Shown here piece by piece: positions 9,905 to 20,650 of a stretch of 64,000 bases of DNA. The stretch spans positions 3,200,001-3,264,000 of the forward strand of contig OZ243927.1 of NCBI GenBank assembly GCA_965213925.1, written 5' to 3'. Position 1 is the first letter of the stretch, and the number at the start of each line of letters is the position of its first letter. The stretch is from Trueperaceae bacterium (GTDB taxonomy: Bacteria; Deinococcota; Deinococci; Deinococcales; Trueperaceae). The position numbers were made by a program, and so were the translations under genes. The notes under the pieces are model-generated. The model was not told where the DNA came from, searched no databases, and saw nothing but the letters and a program-made list of their open reading frames with translations.

Positions 9905-10720
9905 GTGAGGCGTTTTGCTCAAGGGGCGGCTTCGGTCGCTCCCCTGCTCATTATCTTGGGAGCGTTCCTACTCTACCCGCTTCTGGTCATCGCACTGCAC
10001 AGTCTCTCGGGAGACGAAGCAACCTTCTCGTTCGCCCTCTACGCGGACACCCTAACCAACCCGCGCTACTTCCGCGCGTTCGGCTTCACGGCGCTCTTAG
10101 CAGTCGCCTCGACGGCGCTAGCGCTTATCGTGTGCGTGCCTGCCGCTATCTACATCGAAGGGGAGCAGAGCCGGGCGCGGCGCGTGGCAGCGGTGCTCCT
10201 CACTGTGCCGCTCAGCTTGCCGGGCATCGTCATCGGCTTCTTTGTGATTTTAGGCTTCGGACGAACAGGCGTGGTGACGGACGCACTAGAAGCGGTAACG
10301 CCCCTACGCAATCCGCAGCTCGCCTACACCTTCTGGGGGCTGCTCCTCGGTTACGTGTACTTCCAAATTCCTCGAGTGATCCTGGTTATACGCGGCGCAG
10401 TATCAGGCATCTCCAACGACGTCGTGAACGTGGCCCGGACGCTCGGCGCGTCGCCGTGGCGGGTTTACATGGAGGTCGTATCACCTGCCCTGCGCCCGGC
10501 CCTGGTCAGCGCCTCGAGTCTCAGCCTTGCCACGGCCTTCGGCGCGTTCGGCACGGCGGCGACGCTCTCGAGGGGTACCCGCGTCGTCCCCATAGAAATC
10601 GCCGCGCTCTTCACCGAGCGCTTCGAACCCGCACGGGCGGCGGCGCTCTCCATCGTTCTAGGCGTTATCACCGTAACGCTGCTCCTCGGGGTGGCTCGGC
10701 TGGGCGGGCGAGACGGATGA
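9905..10720 (+). CDS. ABC permease
   Basis: Multi-TM; VARTLGAS. Confidence 0.88.
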   Translation: MRRFAQGAASVAPLLIILGAFLLYPLLVIALHSLSGDEATFSFALYADTLTNPRYFRAFGFTALLAVASTALALIVCVPAAIYIEGEQSRARRVAAVLLTVPLSLPGIVIGFFVILGFGRTGVVTDALEAVTPLRNPQLAYTFWGLLLGYVYFQIPRVILVIRGAVSGISNDVVNVARTLGASPWRVYMEVVSPALRPALVSASSLSLATAFGAFGTAATLSRGTRVVPIEIAALFTERFEPARAAALSIVLGVITVTLLLGVARLGGRDG

Positions 10721-11547
10721 GCGCACAAACGCTGAGCCAGCCTCAAAAGCGGCGGGTGCGGGCAGGAACGCGCGACCCCTTGCAGCGCATCGGGCGGGTG
10801 CTCGCCTGGTTCACCGTGGCAGTCTGCGCCGCGCCGCTGCCCTTGCTACTTGCCGTGGCGACGACCGCGCAGTGGCGCAGCGGCTTCTGGGCGGAGGGCT
10901 TCACCTTGCAGTGGCTCATCTCCGGCTGGATGCGCATCGCCCCGCACGCGCTCTACAGCTTGCAACTCGCGCTCACCGTTCTACTACTCAATATCCTCAT
11001 CGGTTTGCCTGCAGCCTGGGCATTGGCGCGGTTACGCTTTCCGGGTCGCGCGGCGCTCCTCGCGCTCGCCAACTTGCCCCTCGCCATCCCTGGCATTGCG
11101 GTGGCTCTAGGGCTCATCCTGGCTTACCCGTACTTGCGCGGAGATGGATTCTTGCTCACCGCCGGTCATGTGCTCTACACACTACCCTTCTTCTTGGGCA
11201 CGCTCACGCCGGTATTAGGCGGCGCGGCGCTTAGAGAGCGCGAGGCGGTTGCAAAGACGCTTGGAGCAGGCGCGGTACGCCGCTTCGTCTTCATCACCTT
11301 GCCGAGCGTCCGCCGGGCGCTCTTGGCGGCGGCGATCATGGTTGTAACACTGTCTATGGGAGAATTCAACGTGTCGTTTTTCCTTTTCACGCCGACCGCA
11401 AAAACGCTGCCCGTCGAACTCTACGACGCCTACATCACGGGGCGCTTGGAGGCCGCGGCGGGAATGACGGTCTGGTTCTTGCTCTTCGTCGTGCCTGCGA
11501 CGCTCGTCTTGGAGCGCTTCGGTGGCGGCAAGGTTGGGCAGGCGTGA
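10717..11547 (+). CDS. ABC permease
   Basis: ATGA overlap at 10717; EAVAKTLGA, SMGEF. Confidence 0.88.
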   Translation: MSAQTLSQPQKRRVRAGTRDPLQRIGRVLAWFTVAVCAAPLPLLLAVATTAQWRSGFWAEGFTLQWLISGWMRIAPHALYSLQLALTVLLLNILIGLPAAWALARLRFPGRAALLALANLPLAIPGIAVALGLILAYPYLRGDGFLLTAGHVLYTLPFFLGTLTPVLGGAALREREAVAKTLGAGAVRRFVFITLPSVRRALLAAAIMVVTLSMGEFNVSFFLFTPTAKTLPVELYDAYITGRLEAAAGMTVWFLLFVVPATLVLERFGGGKVGQA

Positions 11548-12587
11548 GGGCGGATCGGCGTCAGGCGGCGTCACTTACGTTTGAGCACGTGACGTTTAGC
11601 TACGGCGTCACCCTAGCGGTGGACGACGTGAACCTAGACGTGCGTCCGGGCGAACTCATCACGCTAGTCGGACCCTCAGGCTGCGGCAAGTCCACCTTGC
11701 TCAAGCTCATCTCTGGACTTCTCAACCCGAACGCAGGGCGGCTCTTGATGGATGGTGTGGATGTCCAGCACCTCCCACCGGAGAAGCGGCAAATGGGCTG
11801 GATGCCGCAGAGCTACGCGCTCTTCGAGCACCTGAACGTTGCGCAGAACGTCGCGTTTGGACTCAGGATGCAAGGTGTGTCCAGACAGGAGCAAAAGCAG
11901 AGAGTTGAAGAGGTGTTGGGGCTATGCCATATTAGCGACCTGGCAGATCGGCCCGTCACCGCCCTCTCCGGCGGACAGCAGCAGCGCGTGGCGGTGGCGA
12001 GGGCGCTGGCGGTGCGTCCGCGCGTCCTGCTCCTCGACGAACCGCTCGCCGCGCTGGACCCGCAACTGCGCTTAGAACTTCGCTCGGGCTTGGAGAGGCT
12101 CTTGCGCGAGAGCGGCGTCACCACGCTTTTCGTCACGCATGACCAGGGCGAGGCGCTAGCGCTCGCGGACCGGGTGGCGCTGCTGCGTGGGGGGCGGCTC
12201 GAGCAGTTCGGCTCGCCCGAAACCCTCTGGCAAGCGCCCGCGAGCGCCTTCGTCGCCTCCTTCATCGGCAACGCCACCGTGCTGCCGACCAAGCGCGTGT
12301 CGGCGCAGGAGTTGGAGGTTTTGCCGCAACTCTGCGTCCATCATTGCGGCGCGGACGCGCCCGAGGTCGCCCTGCGCCCCGGCGACGTCGTCCCGGCTGA
12401 CAGCGGCGTGCCCCTCGTGGTCGTCGCAGTGGAATACGCAGGCGGACAGTATCAGGTGACGGGCAAGCACAGCAGCGGCGCGCCGCTGCTGTTTTTTAGC
12501 GATACCCGCCTCGAGCTGGAGGAGCCCGTCTGGGTGCGGCTGCGCGACGACCACGCGCCCTCTATCATCGGAGGGTCGCGTGGCTGA
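11544..12587 (+). CDS. ABC ATP-binding protein (PotA/FbpC-like)
   Basis: GPSGCGKS, LSGGQQQR, LLLDEP. Confidence 0.93.
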   Translation: MRADRRQAASLTFEHVTFSYGVTLAVDDVNLDVRPGELITLVGPSGCGKSTLLKLISGLLNPNAGRLLMDGVDVQHLPPEKRQMGWMPQSYALFEHLNVAQNVAFGLRMQGVSRQEQKQRVEEVLGLCHISDLADRPVTALSGGQQQRVAVARALAVRPRVLLLDEPLAALDPQLRLELRSGLERLLRESGVTTLFVTHDQGEALALADRVALLRGGRLEQFGSPETLWQAPASAFVASFIGNATVLPTKRVSAQELEVLPQLCVHHCGADAPEVALRPGDVVPADSGVPLVVVAVEYAGGQYQVTGKHSSGAPLLFFSDTRLELEEPVWVRLRDDHAPSIIGGSRG

Positions 12588-13371
12588 GCTGCTCGTTATC
12601 GGCTGTCGCGCCGGGTCACCGGGTGCGGAGGGCCCCGCATCGGGGTACGTCCTCTTTGCAGGCGAGAAAACGCTCCTTATCGACTGTGGTCCGGGGGTGG
12701 TGGCGAGCTTAGCGGCGCGGGGGCTGATTGAGCAGCTAGACGCCGCCATCGTCACTCACGCCCACGCCGACCACTGCGCCGACCTCGTCGCGCTCGCGTA
12801 CCACCGGCTCTTCCCGGTGCGCATGGAGCCCTTGCCGCTCTACGGACCTGCCGCGTTGCGGGCGACCCTCACCGCCTTAGACCAGGTTTTCGGCATTCCG
12901 ACGCTGCCCGACCTGAACGCACCTCTCGCCGCCGCGCTGCCCTTTACCGCGCTGAGCGCAAACGCTGCGGAGCACGTTGAAGGGTTCAGGCTCGAGACCC
13001 ACAGAACCGTTCATCCCGTCGAGACGCTCGCGCTGCGTTTTCCGGCGTTCGGCTTGACCTATACCTCGGACGGGGCGCTGACGGACGGGCTCGTGGAGTT
13101 TGTACAGGGCACGTCAACCCTCCTCGCCGAAGCGACCTACCTCTCGGACGACGTTTCGGATGGTGGTGCAGACCTTGGTGCGCACGGACATATGACCGCA
13201 GCGCAAGCGGGCACTCTAGCGCAGCGCTCGGGCGCACAGACGCTGATTCTCACGCACCTCACTGATTTCGCGCAGGCGCGTGCCTACCGTGAAGAGGCGC
13301 TGAAGCGCTTTGAGAACGTACAGGTTGTAAAGCCAGGACTTCGGCGGGAAGTGGGGTTTGAACTCATATGA
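12580..13371 (+). CDS. MBL-fold hydrolase (RNase Z-like phosphodiesterase)
   Basis: THAHADH, LIDCGPG, EATY, GHMT, LTH. Confidence 0.88.
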   Translation: MAELLVIGCRAGSPGAEGPASGYVLFAGEKTLLIDCGPGVVASLAARGLIEQLDAAIVTHAHADHCADLVALAYHRLFPVRMEPLPLYGPAALRATLTALDQVFGIPTLPDLNAPLAAALPFTALSANAAEHVEGFRLETHRTVHPVETLALRFPAFGLTYTSDGALTDGLVEFVQGTSTLLAEATYLSDDVSDGGADLGAHGHMTAAQAGTLAQRSGAQTLILTHLTDFAQARAYREEALKRFENVQVVKPGLRREVGFELI

Positions 13372-13375
13372 ACTA

Positions 13376-14258
13376 ACCCCAATTCGGAAAAGGGAAATTC
13401 AAAGCTCAAATGCCCCTAAACGGCTGAGTTGGTAAGCGAGCAAGGTGGTGTAAACGTGCAGGATGCAGCCCACCGTCGAGCGGTAGGGTCTGTCAGAGAG
13501 TCCAAGTCTATCCAAGGACGAGAAGACCGACTCAACGATGCGGTGTCCTTGGTAAAGCCTCTGCTCACGCTTGGGCGGGGGTAGCTGGTTGCTGCGGCGC
13601 GGGGTTATAAGGTCAACCGCTTGGGAGGCAACGTCGGCTTTAAGCTCGGAGCTGATATAGCCTTTATCGGCGGTTACAATGGCGTAAGTGAGTTTGTCTA
13701 GTAGGCGAGGCGCGACCTTAACATCATGTTCGTTCGCGCCTCGCAGCAGTACCTCACAGAGTCTGCCTGTATCGTCCACACGCGCATGAAGCCGAAAGCC
13801 ATAGAAGGTGGTGTTATGGACGTGGTCACGCCCATAACTGCCCGCAAGCTTGGTCCTTTTAGCACGGGCAAAATCTACTACTTCTAGTTTCTTCGAGTCG
13901 AGGTGCTGTTTCGTCGTGTTATGCCCGGTGCAAAGCTGTTTAACCGCGAGAATAATCTGTCCTATCAGGAGGCGCTTACGCTCACAAAACGTTGAGGGTA
14001 CAGGTACGTCCACGCCGAACGATGCAGCAACTTCAAGCATCTTCCGGCTATAGCGAAAACTCGACAGCTTCTGATAGACCGCTAAGGCGATGATGAACGA
14101 GTCTGGAAAAACAGGAGCACGTCCTTGAGGGGCTTTTCTACGCTTCTTGAGGGGTAAACGTTCGACGGCTTGTATAATCTCTTCGAGGGTTGGGATTTTG
14201 CGCATACATCATTGCAACCCTCACTTCTCCCGCTGTCAAATCTTTTCCGAATTGGCGT
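13376..14258 (-). mobile_element. IS982-family insertion sequence
   Basis: 17-bp IRs ACCCCAATTCGGAAAAG / CTTTTCCGAATTGGCGT (1 mismatch); flanks GAACTA / GAACTT. Confidence 0.85.
13399..14205 (-). CDS. IS982-family DDE transposase
   Basis: LDSK, FYGFRLH, ANEHD, ADKGY, RIVESVFS. Confidence 0.85.
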   Translation of the reverse strand: MRKIPTLEEIIQAVERLPLKKRRKAPQGRAPVFPDSFIIALAVYQKLSSFRYSRKMLEVAASFGVDVPVPSTFCERKRLLIGQIILAVKQLCTGHNTTKQHLDSKKLEVVDFARAKRTKLAGSYGRDHVHNTTFYGFRLHARVDDTGRLCEVLLRGANEHDVKVAPRLLDKLTYAIVTADKGYISSELKADVASQAVDLITPRRSNQLPPPKREQRLYQGHRIVESVFSSLDRLGLSDRPYRSTVGCILHVYTTLLAYQLSRLGAFEL

Positions 14259-14300
14259 GAACTTGTGAATCTACGGGTTTTCGTAATCCGGTGTTAGAAA

Positions 14301-14411
14301 TAGCACTTCCAAGATATACTGAGACAAATGAGCGCAGATATCATCTCTGAATGTGCGTGCTAGACGGGCCTTGCTTCACTGAGCGTGTCTCAAACCAGAT
14401 GATACCTGCTA
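14301..14411 (+). repeat. Dispersed structured element (111 bp)
   Basis: TAGCAC...TGAGACA...GCAGATATCATC...GTGCGTGCTA...TGTCTCAAACCAGATGATACCTGCTA. Confidence 0.9.
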
Positions 14412-14492
14412 AAACTACTCGAGACGGCGTGGACATTTCGAGCCAGCCTCCCGTCTCATTAGGGAAGACGGTAGGTCTTTAGCGAGTCTTCC

Positions 14493-14524
14493 CTGACAAA
14501 ACACTGACGCCGGTCCCTAAAACT
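14493..14524 (+). promoter_or_regulatory. Pho-box-like direct repeat plus probable -10
   Basis: CTGAC-N6-CTGAC followed after 9 nt by TAAAACT, upstream of phosphatase. Confidence 0.55.
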
Positions 14525-14543
14525 GAGCGCGGAGGTCTCACCC

Positions 14544-16118
14544 ATGTATAAGCGAATCCTTCTTTTGCTTTTCACCTCTCTTCTCTTCTACACCTTCGCC
14601 CAAACCCCCGAACCGAGCGGCGCACTGCGCCTAGAACGCCTCGCCACCTACACCACAGGCGCGTTCGACGAGGGCGCAGCGGAGATCGTCGCGTTCGACT
14701 CCAGCTCGCAGCGGCTCTTCATCGTCAACTCGAACGCAGTCACACTGGATATTTTGGATATCAGTGACCCCGCGAACCCTGCACCGAGAGAGCCCCTCGA
14801 CATGACGCAGTACGGCGCGGCGGCGAACAGCGTGGACGTGTTTGAAGGTACGGTGGCTGTTGCCATTGAAAACGAGACCGTCACCGAACCCGGCACGGTC
14901 GTCTTCCTTACTCCAGAGGGTGCACTTATTAGCCAAGTCACGGTGGGTGCACTGCCCGACATGCTCACCTTTACGCCAGACGGAAGCAAGGTCGTCGTGG
15001 CGAACGAAGGCGAGCCCTCAGACGACTACAGCACCGATCCTGAAGGCTCGGTCAGCATCATCGATATGTCTGGCGGTACCGAGAACTTGACGCAGGAAGA
15101 CGTGACCGAGGTCGGTTTCTCGAGCTTTAACGATGCCGAACTCGACGAGGGCGTCCGCATCTTCGGTCCTGACGCGAGCGTGGCGCAGGATTTGGAGCCC
15201 GAGTATGTCGCGGTTGCGCCCGACTCCGCTTCGGCCTGGGTCGCGCTGCAGGAGAACAACGCCTTAGCGCAAATTGATTTGGCTGCGGGCGAAGTGACCG
15301 ACCTTATCGGCTTGGGCTTCAAAGACCACAGCGCAGAGGAGAACGCCTTCGACCCTTCTGACGAAGACGGCGGCATCAACATCGGCACGCACCCCGTCTT
15401 CGGCATGTACCAACCCGACGCGATTGCTACCTTTGAGGTGAACGGTGAAACGTACATCGTCACCGCCAACGAGGGCGACGGGCGCGATTACGACGGCTTC
15501 AGCGAGGAGGCGCGACTCGGTGACGACGAATACACGCTCGCCGAAGACGCCTTTCCGAACGCTGCCGAACTCAAAGAAGCACTAGGACGCTTGACCGTCA
15601 CGACGGCGACGGGGGACACGGACGGTGACGGTGAATTCGAAGAGATTTACGCCTTCGGCGGGCGCTCGTTCTCCATCTGGAACGCCTCGGGGGAGCTTAT
15701 CTTCGACAGCGGCGACGCCTTGGAGCGCATCACCGCCGAGGCGTATCCCGACTACTTCAACGCGAACAACGACGAGAATGGCGCGGAGACCTTCGAGAGC
15801 AGGAGCGATAACAAAGGACCGGAGCCCGAAGGGATTGTGACCGGAGAGGTCGGCGGCAGCGTCTACGCCTTCATCGGCTTAGAACGCATCGGCGGCGTAG
15901 TCACCTATGATGTGAGCGATCCCGAGAACCCGCAGTTCGTGGACTATACGAACCACCGCGACTTCAGCGCCGACATCGAGTCGGAAGAGGCGGGCGACTT
16001 AGGACCGGAAGGACTCCTCTTTATCTCCGCCGAGGAGAGCCCGAACGGGACGCCACTCATCGTTGTCGGCAACGAGGTGAGCGGGTCAACGAGTATCTAT
16101 GCGGTAGAGCAGGAGTAG
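14544..16118 (+). CDS. Secreted choice-of-anchor I family alkaline phosphatase-like protein
   Basis: Signal peptide, GAAEI, VGALPDM, ANEGEP, EPEY, RSDNKGPEPE, NEVSG. Confidence 0.88.
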   Translation: MYKRILLLLFTSLLFYTFAQTPEPSGALRLERLATYTTGAFDEGAAEIVAFDSSSQRLFIVNSNAVTLDILDISDPANPAPREPLDMTQYGAAANSVDVFEGTVAVAIENETVTEPGTVVFLTPEGALISQVTVGALPDMLTFTPDGSKVVVANEGEPSDDYSTDPEGSVSIIDMSGGTENLTQEDVTEVGFSSFNDAELDEGVRIFGPDASVAQDLEPEYVAVAPDSASAWVALQENNALAQIDLAAGEVTDLIGLGFKDHSAEENAFDPSDEDGGINIGTHPVFGMYQPDAIATFEVNGETYIVTANEGDGRDYDGFSEEARLGDDEYTLAEDAFPNAAELKEALGRLTVTTATGDTDGDGEFEEIYAFGGRSFSIWNASGELIFDSGDALERITAEAYPDYFNANNDENGAETFESRSDNKGPEPEGIVTGEVGGSVYAFIGLERIGGVVTYDVSDPENPQFVDYTNHRDFSADIESEEAGDLGPEGLLFISAEESPNGTPLIVVGNEVSGSTSIYAVEQE

Positions 16119-16372
16119 GGGTGGGGCAGGTAAGCGGGGGCTCACCTCGACATGCTTGCTGAGTAACGATAGTCAAAGCTGAAGGTGCGTGCCTGGCTCG
16201 GTGAGCAGTCACGTCGCCAGGGTGCTACCGAATTTCGTGCTGGTCTTCTGCGGCTAACGCGCGCGTCTCTTGCAGAAGCATAGCCGACTAAACCCGAAGG
16301 CTATCCCCTCAGAATTTTCCACCCCCTTATTCAGGTTGTGCCCTCAAACTGGGATAATGCACCTTCATATCT

Positions 16373-19015
16373 CTACTTGCGAACCTGTTTGCTGGGTCGA
16401 AGGTACGCGGGTACCTCAGCGGCTCTGAGCGGCTTGGCGATAAGGTACCCCTGCCCGTACTGGCACCCGAGCGCCCGCAGCCTCTCGAGCTGCTCCTGGG
16501 TCTCGATGCCTTCAGCCACCACGGTCAGCTTGAGGTTCTCGGCCATTGCGATAATGGTCGCTATCAGCGCGTTGCTTTCAGGACTGTGCAGCATCTGGTT
16601 GACGAACGCCCGGTCGATCTTAAGCGTGTTGGCCGGGAAGCGCTGCAGGTAGCTTAGGGACGAGTATCCCGTGCCGAAGTCGTCGATGTAAATCTGCACA
16701 CCAAGGGCTTTGAGTTGCTGCAAGGTCGCGACCGTCAGGTCAGCTTGCTGCATCAGCGTGCTTTCGGTGATTTCCAGTTTCAGCAAGCTCGGGTCCACCC
16801 CGGTCTCGATCAGCACCTCACCCACATAGCCAGCCAAACCGGGGTCACCGAACTGCTGACCGGAGAGGTTTACGCTCACCGTCAAGCTTGACCCATCCGC
16901 GAACCCAGCTTGCCAGGCCTTCACCTGCCGACAAGCCTCCTTCAGCACCCACCGGTCGAGGTCGATGATAAGGCCGGTGTCTTCGGCGATGGGGATGAAC
17001 TCGGCGGGAGATACCAGACCGTGCTCCGGATGTTCCCAGCGTACGAGCGCTTCGAAGCCGGTGACGTGTTCGTCAGCGACGGAGATGATGGGCTGATAGA
17101 AGACCCTGAGCTCCTCGCGCTCGACTGCCCCACGGAGGTCATTCTCCAGCGACATCAGACTCACCGCCCGCTCCCGCATCTCTTGGGTGAAAACCTGGTA
17201 GCGCGCTTTACCCAGCGCTTTGGCCCGGTACATGGCAAGGTCGGCGTCGCGCAGCACCGCCTCGGCCGAGTCGTGACCCGTCTCGCTTGACACGATGCCG
17301 ATGCTGACCGAGGTATGTAGGGTATGCCCCGCGAACTCGAAAGGCTTGGCGACCTCGTTCTGAATGCGCTCGACCGTACGGAGCGTCGCCTCGTGACTGG
17401 TAACATTTTCCAGCAGCAAGACGAACTCGTCCCCTCCGAGGCGCGCCACCGTGTCGCTGGGCCGCACGCATCCCTCCAACCGCCCCCCTAGCGCGACGAG
17501 CAGCGCGTCGCCAGCGTCGTGACCCAGGCTATCGTTGACCAGCTTGAAGCGGTCAAAGTCGAGGAAGAGTACCGCGTAACCTTTGTCCGAGCGCCGCCGT
17601 ATCGCCTGCGCTAGGCGGTCGAGCAACAGGGCGCGGTTGGCAAGCCCGGTCAGCGCGTCGTGGAAAGCGTCATGCTGGAGCTGTGCGTTGAGCGCGGCGA
17701 GTTCGGCGGTACGCGCCTCGACACGCCGCTCCAGCTCGCGGTTCATCTCCCGCTGCGCCGCTTCGTGTTGCTTACGGTCACTCACGTCCGCCAGATAGAC
17801 CGAGAGCCCGTCGGAAGCAGGATAGAGATGTACCTCGAACCAGCGGTTGTCCGGCGGGTAGTACTCTTCGAAAGTGACCTGGCGGCGGCTGGCGGCGGCC
17901 TCGTGACACTTCTCGTAGAAGAGGTACTCGGTGATCTCCGGGAATGCTTCCCAGACGTTGTTTTGTAGGAGCATGTCGCGCGGTCGGCCCAGGAATGACT
18001 CGGCCTGCGTGTTGATGTAGGTGAAGTGCCATTCGGGGTCGAGCGAGAAGAAAATGTCGCTGATACTCTCCAGAATGTTGATCCGCTCTTGAGAGACCCG
18101 CTGCAGCTCCGCCTCCGCTCGCTTGCGTTCGGTGACGTCGCGGGCAACCGCGTAACCGCGGTGCGCTGCCCGGTCCGCTTGGGCGCTCCACCTGAGCCAG
18201 CGGTAGTCCCCAGCCTTGGTGCTATAGCGGTTCTCGAAACCCTCCAGAGAGCTCTCGTCCCGCAACCGCTCCATCGCCCGTTCGGTGGCTTCGCGGTCGT
18301 CGGGGTGGACGAACGCGAGGAAAGGCTGGGCGGCGAGCTCTTCGACGCTGAAGCCCAGCGCCCTCTCCCAGGCGGGGTTGGCATGGGTAAAGACGCCGTC
18401 CGCACCGGCGATACAGAAAAGGTCGAGGGACAGGGCAAAGAAGTTGCTCAGCTCGGCTTCGAGCTGACGGGTCAAGTCTCGCTCCCGGCGCAACCGCTCG
18501 GCGGTGAGGCGCAGCTCGAGCTCGCCCACGACTTGAGCGGCGAGACCAGCGAGCACCTGCCGCTGTTTAGCTTTGAAGTCGTGGCGCGGCTGGGTGTCGA
18601 TGACGCAGAGGCTGCCTAGGTTGTGACCGTCCGGCGTCCTGAGCGGCGCGCCCGCGTAGAAGCGGATGCCGGGTACGCCAGTGACCAGCGGGTTCTCACA
18701 GAAGCGCGGGTCCTGGGTGGCGTCGGGTATGACCATGACCTTGTCGGATACAATTGCGTGGGCGCAGAACGAGACGTCGCGGCTCGTCTCTCTCACGTCG
18801 AGCCCGTAGCAAGCTTTGAACCACTGCCGCTCCTCGTCAACGAGGCTCACCAAGGCGATAGGCACGTCGAAGACCGTCGTAGCTAGGTCGACAAGGCAGT
18901 CAAAGGCTTCCTCAGGCGGGGTGTCGAGGATGTCGTAGCGCCTTAGAGCGGCTAAGCGGGCTTGCTCTTCGGTGTCTATGTCTAAAGGGTCTGTTTTTTT
19001 CTCCAGTCTCTCCAT
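16373..19015 (-). CDS. GAF-PAS-PAS-GGDEF-EAL diguanylate cyclase/phosphodiesterase
   Basis: IRFYAGAPL, HPDD, intact GGDEF, EAL, DDFGTGYSSL. Confidence 0.95.
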   Translation of the reverse strand: MERLEKKTDPLDIDTEEQARLAALRRYDILDTPPEEAFDCLVDLATTVFDVPIALVSLVDEERQWFKACYGLDVRETSRDVSFCAHAIVSDKVMVIPDATQDPRFCENPLVTGVPGIRFYAGAPLRTPDGHNLGSLCVIDTQPRHDFKAKQRQVLAGLAAQVVGELELRLTAERLRRERDLTRQLEAELSNFFALSLDLFCIAGADGVFTHANPAWERALGFSVEELAAQPFLAFVHPDDREATERAMERLRDESSLEGFENRYSTKAGDYRWLRWSAQADRAAHRGYAVARDVTERKRAEAELQRVSQERINILESISDIFFSLDPEWHFTYINTQAESFLGRPRDMLLQNNVWEAFPEITEYLFYEKCHEAAASRRQVTFEEYYPPDNRWFEVHLYPASDGLSVYLADVSDRKQHEAAQREMNRELERRVEARTAELAALNAQLQHDAFHDALTGLANRALLLDRLAQAIRRRSDKGYAVLFLDFDRFKLVNDSLGHDAGDALLVALGGRLEGCVRPSDTVARLGGDEFVLLLENVTSHEATLRTVERIQNEVAKPFEFAGHTLHTSVSIGIVSSETGHDSAEAVLRDADLAMYRAKALGKARYQVFTQEMRERAVSLMSLENDLRGAVEREELRVFYQPIISVADEHVTGFEALVRWEHPEHGLVSPAEFIPIAEDTGLIIDLDRWVLKEACRQVKAWQAGFADGSSLTVSVNLSGQQFGDPGLAGYVGEVLIETGVDPSLLKLEITESTLMQQADLTVATLQQLKALGVQIYIDDFGTGYSSLSYLQRFPANTLKIDRAFVNQMLHSPESNALIATIIAMAENLKLTVVAEGIETQEQLERLRALGCQYGQGYLIAKPLRAAEVPAYLRPSKQVRK

Positions 19016-19158
19016 ATTAAAAGGGTACGCCTCGCCCCCTTACAGAAAACTGACGCGACGAGGGGCGGCGCGACCCACCCTACGACTCAGCAGTTGCGAA
19101 CCCGGCGGCGCTGAGCGAGCGGAGAAGCGCTATAGCCCCTTCAGCAAGTCTGAGCCAT

Positions 19159-19680
19159 CTACACCTCCGCGCAGACGTTTGTCGGTAGTCCTCCTCGAGA
19201 AGTCGACTCGAGGCGCCAAGCGTACCACCCCAGCAGGGCTGCCGACTCCGCTGTCACCTCCTGTACTAGTGAGTAAGGGCTAGGCCAGGGCAGTGCCACG
19301 TACCCCTCCACCTCACCCGCTTGCAGCGAGAGCGACGCACCGTAGCTGCGCGCCAGCTGCCGGGAAAGCTGGTTGTTCCGCGAGCAGTGCAGCGTGGCTT
19401 GCGCGAACCCCCGGTTGCGCGCTTTAAGCACGAGCCGCTCGAACAGGGCGCGGCCTATGCCCCTACCCTGATAAGGTCGCTCGATAGACAAAGCGAGTTC
19501 TACCCAGTGCGGGTTGTCGGCGCTGCCCTTGAGCTCGCCGAAGCCGCGCAACGCCCCGTCTTTGTAGCAGCCTACATAGAGCGCGGTATAGAAGCTGAGC
19601 TTATTGCAGTAGGCTTCGAGCGCGTTGTCACTGAGGGCATGACCGAAGCGCTTGTAGCGGTCCTCGGCGCAGAGTACAAG
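19159..19680 (-). pseudogene. GNAT acetyltransferase, 5'-truncated
   Basis: Frame continues upstream of 19551 (EDRYKRFGHALSD) to the IS junction with no start or RBS; YQGRGIG motif. Confidence 0.7.
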
Positions 19681-20650
19681 TCATCTGGTTGCTAGCCGAG
19701 GGCAAGTCTCAGCAAGAGGTTGTTGCGCTCACGGCATATAACCGCACGAGCGTCTATGACGCCGTGAAGCGCTATAACGCCGAAGGGCTGCGTGGTTTAC
19801 GAGACAGACGACACGAAAATCCCGGTTGTCCGCCGCTCATCAGCGAAGCGGAGCGTGTGGGGCTGCTGGAAGCTACGCAAGCAGAGGATGGGGGCGTGTG
19901 GAGTGCCGAGCGGATTCGGGATTGGGTCAAGGCGCAACTTGGCAAAGAGGTCTACACACAGCGGGCTTACGAACTACTTGATCAACTCGGGTTTAGCGTG
20001 CAAAGCCCTCGCCCACGACATACAAAAGCAGATCGCGAGGCGCAGGACACGTTCAAAAAAAACGTCTTACCTGAGCGCGTAGCGCCCGCCCGCCGCAACT
20101 CCCAAGAGGTCGAGCTGTGGGCAATGGACGAGCACCGGGTTGGGCTCAAACCGATCTTGCGCAAAGTGTGGGCTCCTAAGGGGCAGCGTCCCATTGCACG
20201 AGTACAATATCGCTTCGAGTGGCTTTACCTCTGGGCGTTCGTCAACCCGCAAAGTGGGCAGTGCATCTGGTACATCTTGCCCACTGTGAGCACCCTAGCG
20301 TACAGCCGCGTTTTGCAGAACTTCGCCCGCTCTGTAGGTGCATCTCCGGATAAGCGCGTCCTGCTTTTGCAAGACCAGGCAGGGTGGCATACCTCCAGCA
20401 AGCTCGAGGTCCCTCCCGGTATCAACCTCATTGACCTACCACCTTATTCACCAGAACTTCAACCCGCTGAGAAGTTATGGCGGCTTACCGATGAACCTCT
20501 CGCTAATACATGCTTTGACGACCTTGATGCGCGACAAAACACCCTTGATCAACGTTGCGAGTTTCTTCTGAGCCAGCCTGACCTCATCTCACAAGAAACC
20601 CTCTTCCACTGGTAGCCCCTAACATGATAGAGATTTAATCGGAATCCGTA
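19680..20650 (+). mobile_element. IS630-family element, 5'-truncated, transposase 19689-20615
   Basis: Begins mid-HTH (VIWLLAEGKS); DEHR, QDQAGWH, PYSPELQPAE; sequence ends GGAATCCGTA. Confidence 0.85.

Noticed and set aside
10132..10716. 471-aa version of the second permease
   Set aside because: N-terminal part is an off-frame overlap with the upstream permease; ATGA coupling at 10717 is the likely start
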